Positions 30,071 through 32,000 of a DNA stretch of 32,000 nt are shown here, piece after piece. Below the pieces are notes generated by a model that had not been told where the DNA came from, ran no database searches, and saw nothing but the letters and a program-made list of their open reading frames with translations. This DNA is from Fastidiosibacter lacustris (lineage in GTDB: Bacteria > Pseudomonadota > Gammaproteobacteria > Francisellales > Francisellaceae), in contig NZ_QLIR01000005.1 of assembly GCF_003428155.1 (NCBI RefSeq), positions 1-32,000 of the forward strand, given 5' to 3'. Within the stretch, counting starts at the first letter, position 1. The number at the start of each line of letters is the position of its first letter. Made by a program: the position numbers and the translations under genes.

Positions 30071-32000
30071 TTGAGCTTGTCATTGAGAAGAACACTATTG
30101 TTAACGATGCTGGGGCTTATCCCTTTTGCAGGTAGCTATGCGCAAAATAGCTTTGTTGTTAAGAAAATCGAAGTTGAGGGTCTAGAGCGCATTTCTAAAG
30201 AAACGGTCATAAATGATCTAGGTATTCAAATAGGTGAAATGGTTGATAGTACTGAAACTAACAAAGTGATTAAATCGCTTTATGATAGTGGTTTTTTCAG
30301 AGATATTCAATTGTATCAAGATGGTAACACACTTATCGTTAAATTGGTTGAGCGCCCAGCAATTAGTTCAGTTGATTTTGATGGTAATGACAAAATTAAA
30401 AACGACGATATGCGTAAAGTATTACGTGAAGCAGGGCTAGATGTCGGTAATATTGCTAATCCTGAGGTTTTGTTTCAAGTCAGACAATCATTGCTTATGC
30501 AGTATGCATTGATGGGTTATTATTCAACAACGGTAGACATTCAGGAAGTAAAAGAATCACGTAATCGTGTTGCAATTAAAATCAATATTGCAGAAGGTAA
30601 AACTGCCACAGTGAGTCGAATTAATGTTATTGGCAATAAAGCTTATTCAGAAAGTGAGTTACTTAATAACATCACTTTTAAGACGCCATCTATTTGGAAT
30701 TTATGGGGCTTATTTACTTCTAAAGCGGAGTATTCACCAGTTAATATGCAGTCTTCTGTTGAGGATTTGACGAACTATTACATGAATAATGGCTATCTTG
30801 ATTTCCGAGTAAGCTCCAATCAAGCGTCATTGTCACCAAACAAAGAGAACGCATTTATTGCATTTGATATCAGTGAAGGTCAAATTTATAAAATATCTAA
30901 AGTTTCCTTAGAAGGGCAATTTGTGATCTCAAAAGCAGAGCTTGAGAAACTTATAACCTTTAAAGCAGGTGATATATTTTCACGTCAGAAAGTGTTTGAT
31001 AGTGCAAAATCAATTACTCAAGCATTGGGAGATAAAGGGTATGCTTTTGCAAATGTTAATCCATTACCGAAAGTTGATAAAGAAAATAGGACTGTAGCTT
31101 TAACTTTTTATATTGATCCTGGTAAGAAAGTATATATTAATCAGATTAACTTTTTAGGTAATAACGTTACCAATGATTATGTTTATCGTCGCCAGATGCA
31201 GTATTTTGAATCAGGCGTTTATAATCAAAAAATGATTGATCAATCAAAGATTAAGTTGCAAAGGATGCCATTTGTACAAGACGTCACCGTTAACAAAGTC
31301 CCTGTTCCAGGCAGTGATGACCTTGTTAATATGAATTATGATATCACAGAGCGTAGTGCCAATTCGGTAAGTGCAAGCATTGGTTACTCACAATTATATA
31401 AGTTTATGATTGGCGGTAATTTGAGTTTGCCAAATATTCTAGGTACTGGTAATCAGTTTTCAATAGGTGCTAATCTATCTAGCGTTTATCAAAGCTTAAA
31501 TATGTCTTATACCGATCCATTTTTTACGCAATCAGGTGTGAGTCAGACTATTAGTACTTATCTATCACGGACAGATTATGATAATACATCTGTTGCGAGT
31601 TATCGTTTGAATCAATATGGAGCAAATTTAGGTTACAGTATTCCAACGTCAGCCTTTGACTCCATTAGTATAGGTGGTGGCGTTGATCATACTCAAGTAC
31701 TTCAACCTAGTGGTGGACAATCTAGTATTTTACAATGGTTCGTTAACCAAAATAGTGGCAAGACCTCGTTTAATACCTTTACTGTAAATTTGGGATGGAA
31801 TCATAACTCAACAAACCGTGCTTTCTTTCCAACAGAGGGCACTACCTTAGGAATTAATAGTACCACATCGCTACCAGGAATCAGTGATTTGCAATGGTAC
31901 AAAGTAATCGGATCAGCTGGATTTTTTCATCCATTAATTGGGGATTTCACTTTATCTGTTAAAGGTGGTCTTGGGTATGGTAATGGTTATGGTAAAACAG
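30071..32000 (+). CDS. bamA: Outer membrane protein assembly factor BamA (partial, continues past the window)
   Basis: Not in the supplied track. TTG start at 30071 after AAGGAAGG. SLRRTLLLTMLGLIPFAGSYAQNSFVVKKIEVEGLERISKETVINDLGIQIGEMVD... (POTRA), YDITERSANSVSASIGYSQYYKFMIGGNLSLPNILGTGNQFSIGANLS (barrel start). Frame open to 32000. Confidence 0.93.
   Translation, partial: MSLSLRRTLLLTMLGLIPFAGSYAQNSFVVKKIEVEGLERISKETVINDLGIQIGEMVDSTETNKVIKSLYDSGFFRDIQLYQDGNTLIVKLVERPAISSVDFDGNDKIKNDDMRKVLREAGLDVGNIANPEVLFQVRQSLLMQYALMGYYSTTVDIQEVKESRNRVAIKINIAEGKTATVSRINVIGNKAYSESELLNNITFKTPSIWNLWGLFTSKAEYSPVNMQSSVEDLTNYYMNNGYLDFRVSSNQASLSPNKENAFIAFDISEGQIYKISKVSLEGQFVISKAELEKLITFKAGDIFSRQKVFDSAKSITQALGDKGYAFANVNPLPKVDKENRTVALTFYIDPGKKVYINQINFLGNNVTNDYVYRRQMQYFESGVYNQKMIDQSKIKLQRMPFVQDVTVNKVPVPGSDDLVNMNYDITERSANSVSASIGYSQLYKFMIGGNLSLPNILGTGNQFSIGANLSSVYQSLNMSYTDPFFTQSGVSQTISTYLSRTDYDNTSVASYRLNQYGANLGYSIPTSAFDSISIGGGVDHTQVLQPSGGQSSILQWFVNQNSGKTSFNTFTVNLGWNHNSTNRAFFPTEGTTLGINSTTSLPGISDLQWYKVIGSAGFFHPLIGDFTLSVKGGLGYGNGYGKT

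Noticed and set aside
1-32000. tRNA, rRNA or further CRISPR arrays
   Set aside because: Visual scan found no tRNA T-arm/acceptor pattern, rRNA motif or other regularly spaced repeats. A proper tRNAscan/Infernal run would be needed to exclude small RNAs.

Overview
AT-rich chromosomal segment, probably gammaproteobacterial by gene content. From left to right: (1) Remnant of a type I-C-like CRISPR locus: the 3' tail of an IS5-family-like transposase abuts a cas1 lacking its N-terminus, followed by intact cas2 and a minimal array of two repeats and one 35-nt spacer. (2) A retropepsin-like protease / inactive transglutaminase-7TM / ATP-grasp three-gene operon. (3) An MFP + HAE1-type RND efflux pair. 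(4) pepA, a small outer-membrane beta-barrel protein, nadB and plsY. (5) A 752-aa orphan protein (minus strand) with a CX5R motif (CKSANER) that resembles the catalytic loop of SopB/IpgD/SidF-type phosphoinositide phosphatase effectors. (6) An accessory patch with a decayed ORF, a MATE-family transporter and an IS982-like transposase relic. (7) lepA, rdgB, proC, a YggT family gene, SDR and LysR genes, and a cysteine hydrolase translationally coupled to a FUSC-like membrane protein. (8) gyrA, dxr and bamA (bamA runs off the window end and is absent from the supplied ORF track). Three large ORFs in the track (lepA, SDR, LysR) are labelled '+', but the sequence puts them on the minus strand. The strongest novelty leads are the CX5R protein, the accessory patch beside it, and the IS-interrupted minimal I-C CRISPR locus. 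I found no clearly new multi-gene system.
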